Shown here in pieces: positions 32,899-45,620 of a DNA stretch of 64,000 nucleotides. The stretch covers positions 6,202,001 to 6,266,000 of the forward strand of contig NW_024704743.1 in assembly GCF_018977255.1 (NCBI RefSeq). Direction: 5' to 3'. Source of the stretch: Callorhinchus milii (lineage: Eukaryota). Positions within the stretch are counted from its first letter, which is position 1. Each line of letters begins with the position of its first letter. A model generated the notes under the pieces. It made no database searches. It saw only the letters and a program-made list of their open reading frames with translations, and had not been told where the DNA came from. Both the position numbers and the translations under genes were made by a program.

Positions 32899-33273
32899 TA
32901 CAAAATTTCAATTGTTATTCATTCAGTCAATAGCAAAACAAAAACAAGCAGCATTATATGGAACCATTCACACGGGAATGAATCTAAGAGCACTTAAAGG
33001 AAATTTTAAGACGGGGTACTCTTCGGAGTGCCAAACAGAAGAACATATTTTGAAATATGTCAAAATAATACCAGAACAAAGAAGAAATTATTGTTAAAAT
33101 GTTGAATATTTTATGCTAATGGCTGGATTATTTGAACAAAATAAGTTTCAAGTTTATAGGACTGAGCAGGGCAAAGGGGATTAGAGTGCATAGGTCCAGT
33201 AAGGAACCCACATACAATGGCTTCCTTTTGTGCTGAAACATTCGGTAATTCTATTCTTTCATCCAATTAATAG

Positions 33274-36200
33274 GCACTGAAAGACAATGATCACATCTGG
33301 GGTGTCCTAGTGCACAGTGCTATCAATCAAGATGGAAGATCAGTTACACCTATCACCAGACCCTCACAAACACAGCAGGAAGAACTGTTGAAGTGGATTT
33401 ACCACAGGTATGTTGATCCATCCCAGATACAGTACATGGAGGCTCATGGAACTGGAACTCCAGCTGGTGATCCTACAGAAGCCGGCAGCATATCACACAT
33501 TGTTGGTCAGTCCAGGACATCAAACCCTGATCCGCTCATCATAGGCTCTGTCAAAGGGAATGTTGGTCACACAGAGTCAGCTGCAGGAGCCGCAGGTTTA
33601 ATCAAAGTTCTCCTGATGATGCATCATGGCAAAATTGTACCATCCCTCCACTACACTGAGGAGGATTCAAGCATCAATGCAAAGGCTTTGAATCTACGTG
33701 TTCCAACTAGTGTGGAAAACTGGGAAAAGCGTGGGGAGATGGGTAGGATGGCAGGAGTCAATTCATTTGGGTTTGGGGGAACAAATGCTCACGCAGTGGT
33801 GAGACAGTACAAGCAGCTTGCCCGGCTCAACTGTGCACAGAAACCACTGGAGATATTTGTCCTTTCAGCTGCCTCCCAGAAATCAATTCAAATGATGATA
33901 AAAGACACAAGTCACCAAATAAGTCAAAGTGATGATACCGCTTTCCATAGTCTGGCATATACATCTGCTTGTAGAAGAAGCCACGCAAGTTATAGATACA
34001 GAAAAGCCTTTGTAGTTTCTTCCCTCAATCACCTACAGCAGCAGCTTAAATCAGCCACAGTTACTGATGTTGCTCGGATAAAGACAAGTCCAAAGATCGT
34101 ATTTGTGTTCTGTGGCAACGGTGTTGCCTATAGAGGGATGTGTAAACTGCTTGTACACACAGAGCCAGTGTTCAGGAAACAGATTGAAGAGATAGAAAAA
34201 ATTCTCCAACTACACACACCCATCAATCTAATAGATTTAATTGAAAATGACTATGATGACTTCACAAAACCCGAGATAGCACAGCCATTGCTCTTTGCTG
34301 TTCAGGTGGCAATGGTTTCTCTTTTGGGGTTTTGGGGAATCCAGGCTAACCTTATGATTGGACATTCTGTTGGCGAGGTTGCTGCAGCACATTGTGCTGG
34401 GACACTGTCCTTGCACGATGCTGTAAAGGTGATTTACTACAGAAGTGTATTGCAGTCAACAGTAACGGGAGGCAGAATGCTGGCTGTTAGCAATTTGCCT
34501 GTGTCAAATGTGTCAGACAGACTTGTTCCATATTCGGGGAGAATCTGTATTGCTGCATTCAACAGTCCCTCCTCTTGCACAGTGTCAGGTGATGCCGGTG
34601 CAGTGGACAAACTGTATACAGAGTTATCCACCGCATTTGGTGACAAAAATATATTCCTTCGCATTTTAGATGTTCCAGCAGCTTATCACAGTCACTTGAT
34701 GGAGCCAATCATACAGCAGGTAGAAGAGAAAGTAGGTAACTTACATGAACAAGAAGCACGCTCAAAGGTTATCTCCACAGTTACAGGTCAGGTGGCTTCA
34801 GGAGATGACTTTCTCACAGGCAAATATTGGGCCCGGAACATTCGAGATCCTGTTGCCTTTGAAAAAGGGATAAGAGCTGCTGCTGCAGAGGCTGAAGACG
34901 CAGTATTTGTAGAAATAGGACCAAGACGGGCCTTGCAAAGATACATCACAGAAATCCTAGGCAATCAAACTCGAGTTTTTCCTGCAGTTCAGCCAGACAG
35001 AGATTATGAAACTCATCTATTGGTTCTATCAAAACTCTTTGAGCTCGGGTACAATCCCAACTGGCAAAATGTCTATGTTGGTCGTGAAACTCTTCCCACT
35101 GTTTATCCTTCTTATGTGTTTGATCACACAAAGCAGGAATTAAACTTTGAAGAACTTAGGCAAGATAATGACAAGGTAGTTTCTTCCCATCACCCCCTAC
35201 TCTCTAGTGTAAGCAAGGACGGCAAGGAATATAACTTCACCTTGTCAACATTGACAGTACCTTATGTAGCTGAACACAAAAACAATGGAGTGCCCATACT
35301 TCCCGGTGCCTTTCATGTAGAACTTGGTGTGGCTTCCGTCCTGGCAAGTATTCAACCAAAGATACCACTCACTTTGTGCCGGATCAGCGCAAAGTTTCTG
35401 AATCCTTGTATAATCCACCAGAACTCAGTTGAGCTCAAAGTGCACCTCAACAGAGAAGATAAACTGATCAAATTTAGTGTTTTATCAACTTCTGGCATTT
35501 ATGCCACAGGGGAGGTACTACAGGTCACTGAGTGTGTAACTGATGAAAGTAATATCTCGGTTGAGCAAATTTTCCAAAGATGCAAATCGAAAGCAAAGCC
35601 AGAGGACATCTATAAAGAACTCTCTTCTTCAGGCTTTCAGTATGGATCAGTTTTTAGGCAACTTGGGGATATCTTCTATGGAGAGAATTTGAAGGAAGCT
35701 ATAACATGCATTAGAGTACCAGAAGAGCTCATGTCACAGATTCATCAATACTCCTTTCACCCAATCATTTTTGACTATTTTCTACAAATGGCTGCTGTTG
35801 TCACAATGATGTTTGCAGTCTCCACCATAGGATTCCCCACATCTGTAGGGAGCTTGGTTATTCATCGCCCTTTACAACAAGAAATGCTGATGTATCTGAG
35901 GATCAGTAAAATCACTCCAGATTATCTGGAGGTCTGTGGGGGCTTCACAGATACAAAGGGCATAATCATTGCCGAACTGAAAAATATCAGAACCACATTT
36001 CTAACCGTGAACAACAACAACAACAAGATTCCATTTATAGAGCGCCTTTCACGTCAGGAGGACGTCCCAAGGCGCTGCACAGTTGGGTCATGACCCGAGC
36101 AGGGGGGAAATGGTCAGGGTGAGGGGAGGGAAGGGAGGGAGAGAGGAGGGGGGAAATGGTCAGGGTGAGGGGAGGGAAGGGAGGGAGCGAGGAGGAGGAA

Positions 36201-39069
36201 GAGAGTCGAGAGGGGAGCTGAAGGCACGGTCAAAGAGAAACAATGGAGGAGGAATCAATGATTTGTTCTATGAAAGTATCTGGGTAGAAATTCCTCACCT
36301 TCAAGAGGGCAAAAATCTTGCTTCTGGCCCAAGATCACTCGTGTTTGGTGATAACTATGGAGTGGCTGAAAGCCTCAAGAAGTTCCTCCACAGTCAGTCC
36401 ACATATATTCCTTACCAGGAATATGACAATTTCACTGGTACAGAAGTTGTGGATCTTCTGAGAAAGTACAAGGCCCACAACCTGAATAGCTATGAGGAGG
36501 TGTTCTTCCTGTGGGGGACTGTCAACCTGACTGACCAGACCAGCACAGCAGTGGTGCAGGAGGTCAGTAGCTGCTGTGAGATTTATCGTCAGATCATTCA
36601 GCTAGTTCGAGGGAAAAATGGCACAAAATCTGTTAGAGTAATAACATACAGGACGTCTGAAAAAACAGTGGATCAAATTACTCCAGGGTTTGCCCTGTGG
36701 GGTATGACGAGATCATGCAATGCAGAAATTCCAGAGGTTTTATTTCAGATCATTGATGTCAGCTCTATCAGTGATGCAGATATGGCAGCATTAGCTAATG
36801 TAATAGTCTTGTCTGATGGGGTGACCCACCCTGAGGTAATGATCAGCCAGGGAATGTTGCATGCTTCCACGATCACACGAACATCCCTTATAATCTCAGA
36901 CAATACCAATGGTGGGACTTCTTATTCTGGTTTGGGAAATGTCCTTTTCCAGATCATGGATCCTTACAATGTTGTGGATTTGCATGCCAAACCTCAAGAG
37001 AACAAAATGAGTGCACCCACAAAACAAAGTGTACACATTGAATTGGATGCAATTTGCATGCATTCAGCGGATTACTTCCCAGTTAGTGTCTCTGATCTAA
37101 ACTATGGGAAGACGTTGTACTGGAGCAAAAGTGTGTTTGGTGGGCACAATCTCGTGGCTCTGGACTTTAGTGGTACAGTCACTGCTGTTGGCAGTGATGT
37201 GAAGAGTTGCAAAGTGGGAGATCATATTGTTGCATGTTACCCGGTTCCTGCAGCTTCAAATGTCAGCCTTCCTGCTGTTGTTTGTTTCAAAAGCAAGAAA
37301 GTACCATTGCTGAAGGAGATCCCTTGTGTGTCATACTTCACAATAGCATGGGAAATATTCCATAATCTCTTACCAAAACCCAAACATCAGAAACGCTTGG
37401 TAATTGTTTCCATGATACCTGATTCGTGTTTGAGTAAAGTCTTGTCTCTGACAGCCAGGGAGTCTGGCTGGAGAGTTCAGGTTTATCCACACTCCAATGA
37501 CCTTGTACAGATTCCAGTTCACTGTGATGCTTTGGTTTTATTGCCACCTTTTGAAAAAACCTCTATTTCAAAATATGTCAATGGTTCTTCTGCTCGGATA
37601 TTGTTGTTCTCCTGGACAACAAGCAGATGCTTGATATTTCCCAAGACATTCTCCAAAATGAAAAGGACAATGTCTGTATTCATGTTCTGCAGTTAGCCAG
37701 TATATTTCAAAAGGGCTATCTCATGAAATCTGCAAATCGTATCTATAAATGGATGAGAACAATGTATTTAGGGACGAAACGTTTTGATCTATCAAAAATG
37801 ATCTTCCAGCAAAGAATATCAGACATGGTTGAGTGCAGGAATGAGTCGTACTTTACATGCAGAGATGTCTCCATTGCAGTTCTGAAGAGCACCACCAAGA
37901 CTAGGATGTCAGAGATTCCAATGCACTGCAGACAAAAGCAGCTCTTTAAAAGTGATGCTGTGTATATAGTTGCTGGAGGACTTACCGGTCTTGGCTTTGA
38001 AACTGTGAAATTCATTGCCAACCATGGCGGTGGCTATATTCTTGTTCTTTCAAGGAGCTCTCCATCGAAGGAGAAGCAGGAGGAATTTAGCAAACTACAG
38101 AATGAAATTGGGACAAGGATCATTTGCGTGGCCTGTGACATCTCAGCTCTGTCAAATGTCGAGAAAGCAATCAGTAATTTTCTTCACTCCTTCCCAAAGG
38201 TTTCTGTTAAAGGAGTGTTTCACAGTGCTGTGGTCTTACATGATTCACTCCTTCGAGATCTAAATAAATCATTGTTTGATAAGGTTCTTGTTCCCAAAAT
38301 TGCTGGGGTCTTGAATCTTCACTATGCAACACAAGGCCTCCAGCTGGAGTACTTTGTGTGCTTTTCCTCAGTTGCTTCATTCATTGGAACATCTCTACAG
38401 GCTAACTATTCTGCAGCAAACTCATTTCTTGATTACTTTGTCCACTTTAGGCGATGCCATGGGCTTGTGGGGCAATCTGTGAACTGGGGAGCACTGAATC
38501 TCGGGCTGCTGCTCAATAAAGACAACGTTCGGAAATTTCTGGAGTTGAAAGGGATTTTGGCAATAGAAATTTCTGAAATCATTAAAAGCTTTGAACGTTG
38601 TTTGACCCTGAACAATCCACAACAAGTAATCTGTAAATTTGATTTCTCAAATATATATGTTAATCTCTCCCAAAACCCATCAAGCGGGAGACGTTTCCAT
38701 TCAATTATGCAGGAAGAGATCAGCAAAGGAAATGTCAAAGTGGTGGTCAGTGACTCATCAATACCTCCTGAACAGTATATAATAACCTTGTTGTCTGAAG
38801 TGAGTAACACAGATCCTACAGACTTTACCAAAGAATCTACTCTCTCCAGTTTTGGCATTGATTCCATGATAGGAATGACCATACAGAATCGGATTCACCA
38901 GGAAAAGAATGTCAGTGTGCCACTAGTAACATTTCTTGATCCAAAATCAACAGTGTCCACTCTGGTATCACTGTTTGAAGAGGAAGGTTTCCAAGTTCAT
39001 TCTGGGGAAACATCTATGCCATTGAACAAGTCTTTTGAGGAAGTTCCTGATGAGTTTACTCAGTTGTAA
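33274..39069 (+). pseudogene. pks1: PKS copy 1 giant terminal exon 6 (KS end, AT, DH, psiER, KR, ACP), split into three ORFs by lesions
   Basis: aatag|ALKDNDHIWGVLVHSAINQDG... ORFs 33310-36093, 36083-37696 and 37627-39069 join into one frame after removing 36012-36240 and restoring one base near 37596. Confidence 0.88.
36012..36240 (-). mobile_element. L2 3' end inserted in PKS exon 6
   Basis: Removing it restores GTG AAC AAT GGA (VNNG). AACAA is present at both junctions. Confidence 0.92.
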
Positions 39070-39439
39070 ATAATGCATAAATAATACAGCATTGTACAGC
39101 GCTTCATCCAGTCAAATCAAGATTATATTCCCCATTTACTGGAGAATGATGATATTTGATAATCATATCTCATTCAGAATAGATAAACTTTTCTGCCACT
39201 TTCATACAGATTTTAATTTTGTAGAGTTCGAAATCCTCATCCTCGCATTCAAAGCCCTCCATGGCCTTGCACCTCCCTAGCTCTGTGACCTGCTAACCCC
39301 ACACGGCCTACGTTCAGCAGTCTAGGAGCATAGGAGCAGAAGTAAGCCATTCAGCCCCCTGGGCCTGTTACGCCATTCTATAAGATCACGGCTGATCTGA
39401 ATCTCTACTCCAATTAACTTGCCCATATCCCTTAATACA

Positions 39440-39730
39440 ATTCTAATAATAATCTTCACGTTTTCTTGACGTCTCAAAGCGCTTCACAGAATAGACTGTA
39501 AAATGAGTTGACTGTATATTTCTGGGTGAAACACGGCAGCCAATTTCGCACAGCAGTGTCCCACAATCAGTCGTGGATTGAAATGACCAGTTTATTATTG
39601 TTTTTTTTGAGGGATTATTATCAGGCTTGTGGAGTAAGGAAAGTTGCCCAAGGTTTCACCCTGCCGGTAATCGAACCCAGGTCTCTCGCTTGCAAAGCGA
39701 GTGCTCTAACCACTGAGCTACAGGACTACA
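39440..39730 (-). mobile_element. tRNA-derived SINE downstream of PKS copy 1, among L2/CR1 3' fragments
   Basis: Head revcomp ...gcgagtgctctaaccactgagctacaggact. Confidence 0.8.
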
Positions 39731-42379
39731 CTTACTTAATAAACATCTATCCACCTCCATCCACCAGATTTCCACTACCTTTCAATGAAAAATTGCCTCC
39801 TGATTCTACTCCCAATTAGCTTAGCTTTAATTTGAAGATTATGCCCCTTGCTCTGGACTCTGGCCTACTCTATGACCCCGTCCTACCCGCCCCATCATCG
39901 GCAGTCAAGCCTTCTGCCTTTCTGCTCCCATGCTTTTGGAACTCCATCCCACATTCCCAATGCCTTGCCCCCTCCCTTGGCTCCTTCAAAATCCATCTAA
40001 AGAACCGCAACTTCTGGCACCTTCCAGCACCCACCTTCCCTACCCTTGACGCCTTCTGACCCCAGACTTCAGCTTGGGTGCAAACCCCTGACTGTCCAGC
40101 ACTTTGGGACATATCCTGACATGAATTGTGCTACACAACTGTAATTTGTTGTTTGCAGTTATTGTGACTTCACTTCATTGTAAAGTCAAAAAGTATAAGT
40201 ATTATCGTTTCCAATAATGAATATTCTCTGACATTTTTATGAATTGATTGATATGACTGGTGTTGGAATCAGGAATGTTGGAAAAATAATTGGAAAATAC
40301 AAATTAGTTGTTTGTCTCATTTGTATCTCTCAGTGGAGGTGTTTTGTCTAATTATCTGTGCTATCTGGATATGATTGTAGAATTTCATCTAAATATAGAT
40401 GCAGAATTTGAAAGGAGTGCAGCAGCAGAGGAGGAAATGTGGTATAAATGAGGATAGACAAATATTTTGGTGATTTTCCTTTACAGAAAATATGCATTTG
40501 AGTCATTGGGGAAAATTCACATTGTAATTTGCTAAAAGCTGCACTGTATTAATTTGTTAATATCATTATGAATGTTTTTTTAATCAACCTGAAGCATTAT
40601 ACGAACAACACAAAGACTTATACAAAGACACTTGAAATGTAACTGAGTTCCAGGAATCTTTTAGCATTCTCTTTTTATGAATTTTCCTTTTTAAATAATG
40701 AACTTGAGATCAATGTTCACTGTATTAATGGATCACATTTTTGACATGTATTACTGAGTTTTATTCTTTTGAAAATAATCTGTATTACTGTATGCACATT
40801 ATCTTTTACTAAATTTAACAATTATGAAACATGTTGATGTTATTTTGATTTAAAAATAATTTTCAAAGCATTGTTGGAATCTTATAGTCATAATTTGTAA
40901 ATAAATTTACAACATGAAAAATATTAAAACAAATGCTGCAGATGAAATCCTCGATTGTAAAGATTGGAACAGAATAAAGTCAGTGCACAAATATTGAATT
41001 GTATTTCTTTATCAATTTTCAAATATTCTGAAGAAAAACTGGAAATTACAGCACTATATAAACATTTCCAATCAGTGTGTGGCAACAATCAGGCATTACA
41101 CAATAATACTGCATAATTCAGTCCATATCAACTCATATGTTACCAGTGACCAAACTTAGATATTATTCTTTAATATACAATAATTCAATCTATTCATTTG
41201 AAGAACCACCATATGGTTACAATTGGGTATAACATGAATATGTCTGGTTCTCCTGGCTTAGTGACCACACTTGACTATGACAATTTCATATAACTCAACC
41301 CAGTTCTCTGCCCCATCAACCGATGGCCACAATAAGGTAATACATTGTAATGCAATTCCATCCAATGATCTACAGCGTTGCTAATGAGTCCACAGTTGGA
41401 AACATAAAATAATACAATATCGTGTAATATATTTCAGCTTAACGCAGTTTGCTAAATCGCCACCCAGTGGTTATAATTGGACATACGTACCACAACCCAG
41501 CTCCTCTGCCCACCTTCCCAAGGCTTGATCGCTCGTCCTCTCCTCCAACTCCAAATGTGAGGAGACAATGGACTCTTTTAAATCCAAATTTGAGGGGATT
41601 CACTTTGCTGTCTTTGCGAATGCCACCCCCTTCTCATCTCCCCATCCGTTTTCTGGAAACGTGAAGTGTGTTCCCTGGGGAAAATAGCCACACAGAATCC
41701 TCATGTTCTTTGTCCACCACCAACAACAACTTGCATTTATATAGCGCCCTTCACCTGGGGTAGCGTCCCTGAGGGTTTCTGCCATCAGGTACTAGGGTAC
41801 ATTCATTATGGGTTCACGAGTCCAGCAGAGTGGCAAGGTAGGTGTATCAACTGATATAAACTACGTGCCCTTCAGTAGCCAAACAACTCCACGCATCTTG
41901 AAGATTTTTTGGGGAAAAGAATCAAACAGTGTTTCTCACAAGACCACCGAGAATATGATTTGTCAGGCTTTATGCCAACATTACAGCCTTTGTGTTGAAA
42001 CTAAATATCTGCTCTGCTGCTGGTCTTCTCTCAAAGCAGAGGAGCTGTTGTTTTCTCATACAGTATATCCTGTAAAACACTTTGGAATATCCTCCCAATG
42101 TTATCAATAATACAGCACTTGTTTAAAATTGCTTCTTTTGATAATTGGAAGTAGTATAAAAATAGAAAAATGATCCCATTCTCATAGAATCACAATCTAA
42201 AGCCTAGGATTTCCCCCCACAAATGTACATACACACCCCCAGGAAACGCAACTGGTAGCATGTTTATATCCACAAAATGTACAGTCAATCCACTTTACAC
42301 ATGTTCTTTGAAGTTATTTGAAACATCTCCACATTGTGATAAGGCACCATATCAAATGCAAGGATTATTATTAAAATTT

Positions 42380-43175
42380 AAAATGTAGAGAAATGAAAGT
42401 GCTTTTCACATGGGGACAAAAAAATCCAGGAAGTGACTATTATTTAAATGGTAAGAAAATCTTCTGTACGGAAAATAAAAAAGGATCCAGGGATCCTGAG
42501 TGTTAATAAAATCAAGCTATCCCAACAGTGCTCGGTAGCAGTGAAGAAGGCAAACCAGATGCTCGGCTGTATTAAAAGGGCAATATGAGCCAAAATACTG
42601 GGGCAATTCAGCCATTTTATCAATCACTGGTGCGAAAGCACTTGGAATACTGCGTGCAGTTCTGGTCACGGCAATATAGGAAGGATATTGCAGCGATTGA
42701 GAGGTACAGAGGAGGGCAACCAAAATGATTGAGGGGATGGAGGGACTGGACGATGAGGAGCAATTAAATAACTGGACATGTTCACACTGGAAAAGAGAAT
42801 GTTGAAGAGCGAATATGATTAAGGTCTTTAAGATTCTGAAGGAAATAGATAATGTAGACCACGATAAGCTGTTTTATCCTGTGCTGAACAGCAGAACCAG
42901 AGGGCATGGCCTGCGACTGAACCAATCTATGGAAACACTACTTGGGGGAGAGAGTAGAAAACTTATGGAACAGGCTCCTTAGGGAGACAGTGGAAGCAGA
43001 AAATGTCATTTGTTTCAAGAACAAATGAGATAGATTTCTGCTAGAAAATAATATCTTGGGATACAGTGTATAGTTAGGGACATGACATGTCAAGTGGCTG
43101 TCAGGATGGTGGAAGGCAAAGTAGATAGACCTTGTTCTTCTTTCGTCGTGCAAATTCTTATGTTCTTATGTTCTT
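42380..43175 (+). mobile_element. CR1 LINE 3' fragment
   Basis: Degenerate CR1 C-terminal coding sequence (cttggaatactgcgtgcagttctggtc) ending in a (TTCTTATG)n tail. Confidence 0.78.
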
Positions 43176-43654
43176 ATTATGTGCTCCAAACAACCTGCTG
43201 TCTAATACGTGGTGTTGGTTAATCCCATAGTAGAATATAGCTTGTCTACCCTATGGTGAATCGACCATAAATTAGCCATCATCCACATACAGTCTAAAAG
43301 ACAGAAATTGTAAAACAAACTTTTGATGGGTTGAGCCCACTGTTATTAAGATTATTGACCTAAAGAAGGCCATTTTATCACACCTAATTATAACCCAGTC
43401 AGTGAGACATTGGACCTAGTCGACCGTGTTACAGCAATGTTTCTTTGTATTGTATTCTATGGGATTCAATGAACAGCGTCATCATGTGGACAAAATAGAG
43501 TTCAACACCAATATAATTCAAATGTACTGCAATTGTGAATGAATGTTTAACATAAAAAGAAGCAAGACAAGAGGGCATTAGTATCATCATTGTGAAGGGA
43601 AACAGAACAGGAAGCTTTCTTTTACAGAGAATAACTAACAGCTGGAATTAGTTA

Positions 43655-44670
43655 ACAATAACAACAACAAAATTACACTTATCAAGCACCTTTCACGTCG
43701 GAAGGAGATCTCAAGGCAAGGGACAGTCAAGGGTTTGTACTTGAGATGGGAGTTCGAATCAAGAGTGGTGAGGGGAGGGGGTGGGATGGTGGCCGAAAGC
43801 ACGATCAAAGAGGAAAGTGTTGAGACGAGGCTTGAAAGAAGCAACGGAGAGGATGAGGCAGAGGGATTCTGGATGGAGTTCCAGAGGGCATGGATAGAAG
43901 ACCTGGAGATCCAACCACCAATGGGTTATGGAGCAGGTTTGTGCTGGCCAAGCAGAGGGAATGGACAGGTTGGTGTGGTGTTGATAGGTCGCAGAGATAT
44001 GGAGGAGCTGGTTGATGGAGGGCTTTAAAAGTTAGGACGAGGATTTTAAAATTGAAACTCTGTGGGATGGGGAGCTGGTAGAGCTGGGAGAGGATGACAG
44101 TAATCAATTCACAGAGCTATGTATGAGACATAACATGAGCTGCAGAGTTCTGATTTTTTTTTGTAGCTTATGGAGGAAAGAGTTGGGAAGTTTGGCGAGC
44201 AGCAAGTTTGTGTCATTTAGCTTGAAAGTGATAAATGCATAAATGAGGATCTCGGCAGCCTGAAAGGAAAGGCAGTGGCGGAGATCGCAATGTTGCAGAG
44301 GTGGCGGAAGGCTGAGTGTATCTTTGCCTGGATGTGTGATTCAAAGGAGAGTTGGGAATCGATCAGGAAGCAAAGTTTCATAGTGGCTAAATATGGTGGG
44401 GATTGCAGCTGTCAAGGCTGATGCAATCAGCACCTGAAGTGAGAAGGCGCTGACAGGAGCCAAGCAGGAGGGCCTCAGACTTGTCAGTATTCAACTGCAC
44501 AAAATTGGCTCTCTTCCAGGACTTGATGTTTGACAGACAATCCGTCAGACAGCAGTGGTCCTGGAGTCGAGGGTGGAGCCAGAGAAATAGAGTTGGGTGT
44601 CACCTGAATGCATGTGGAAATTAACACCATGCCAGCATCATCATCAATCACAGATGGCCAGAACGTCATC
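43655..44670 (-). mobile_element. Old L2 fragment
   Basis: (CAA)n tail at ~43655; FKILVLTFKALH and DTQL-like remnants. Confidence 0.7.
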
Positions 44671-45620
44671 TGTAAATTTGGGACAAAGGGACTTTTTCAT
44701 TTGTACCTTTTTATGGATACAAATGGGGAGCAAACTTGCCTGGTGGACAGAAAAATCTTCCTTAAACCACGAGAAGGGAGTTTGTTTTAGTGTTCTTGGC
44801 CAACAATTCCCCCAGAAAAATATTCCAGATCATTTATTATTGGAATCATTGTTAAACCAAAGTCCAATTTGCTTTGTGATGCAAGTGGATGTTCAAAGAT
44901 CCCAAACCACGATCTGAAGTTCATACAGTGAATCTGGCAAGGATGGCGTAATAAATGTATGAAGCCTAGCATGAAAGAGAATATAGGCAGGGATTTGGAT
45001 GAATTGGATGTGTGGAAAGTGGAGTTTGGGAAGTCTACCTGTGGTTCAGTTGAGATCAAATTTGTCGGGAGAGGTGTACGTATTCCCCATAAACTTCCTG
45101 GAAGTGGGAAGCAACGCAGGCAATCACAGCTTGGCCTTGTGAGGTGCCCTGTCTCGTTAGTGAGATAAATGGTCCTCCATTAACTAGCAACCACACAATA
45201 GGAAAGAGCTATTCAAGAGGTAGCGAGCAAACCAGTGGAATCTGGGCTGGTTTGCCTTCAGAAACCGAATTAGGCATCTTTGCCTCCTTTACCCTGGTAT
45301 TGCAGGGTACTGGCTCAGGAAACGTGAAGTGTGTTCCCTGGAGAAAATAGGCACACGGAATCCTCATGTTGTTTGTCCATCAACAACAACAACTTGCATT
45401 TATATAGCGCCGTTCATGCGGAGTAGCATCCTGGAGCTTCTGCCATCAGGTACTGAGTCATTATGCATTCACGAGTCCAGCAGAATGCCAAGGTGCATCA
45501 ACTGATTTGACTATGTACCCCTCAGTAGCCGAGCATAGTCCCCTCAGTTGTTTGGCTACTGGAGTCTGGCAACTGTTTGGCAACTGAGTGGTACATAGTC
45601 CCCTCAGTTGTTTAGCTACT

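Larger units (their letters stand above)
20705..39069 (+). pseudogene. pks1: Animal type I iterative polyketide synthase (KS-AT-DH-psi-linker-psiER-KR-ACP), copy 1, disrupted; exons 20705-20762, 21977-22130, 23593-23753, 28291-28494, 28820-29001, 33274-39069
   Basis: GT-AG introns in phase. Motifs: KS IAIVGIGCNFPG, MDPQHKLLLE, DTACSSS, EAHGTGT, GHTESAAG; AT GHSVG and AAYHS; DH HKNNGVPILPG and HPIIFD; KR GGLTGLG, VLHD, QANYSAAN; ACP FGIDSM. Lesions: a 229-bp L2 insertion (36012-36240) with an in-frame TGA, and a -1 frameshift near 37596. The symbol is by family resemblance to vertebrate pks1; orthology is not tested. Confidence 0.88.

Noticed and set aside
36083..36240. Gly/Arg/Glu-rich N-terminus of the 537-aa ORF as a real protein start
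   Set aside because: It is the antisense translation of the inserted L2 3' UTR.
36007..36240. L2 insert acting as a new intron
   Set aside because: No convincing donor consensus, and the 3' side is purine-rich with no polypyrimidine tract.
20705..39069. Fatty acid synthase (FASN) or a horizontally acquired bacterial PKS
   Set aside because: It has no TE, a degenerate ER and a length of ~2100 aa, which is unlike FASN. Spliceosomal introns and host TEs argue against contamination or recent transfer.
39055..39069. C-terminal TQL as a peroxisomal targeting signal
   Set aside because: It does not fit the canonical PTS1 [SAC][KRH][LM]; a three-residue motif is too weak to call.
45291..45325. Short match to the U2 snRNA 3' stem (cctggtattgcag)
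   Set aside because: Only ~13 nt, with no flanking similarity; probably chance.
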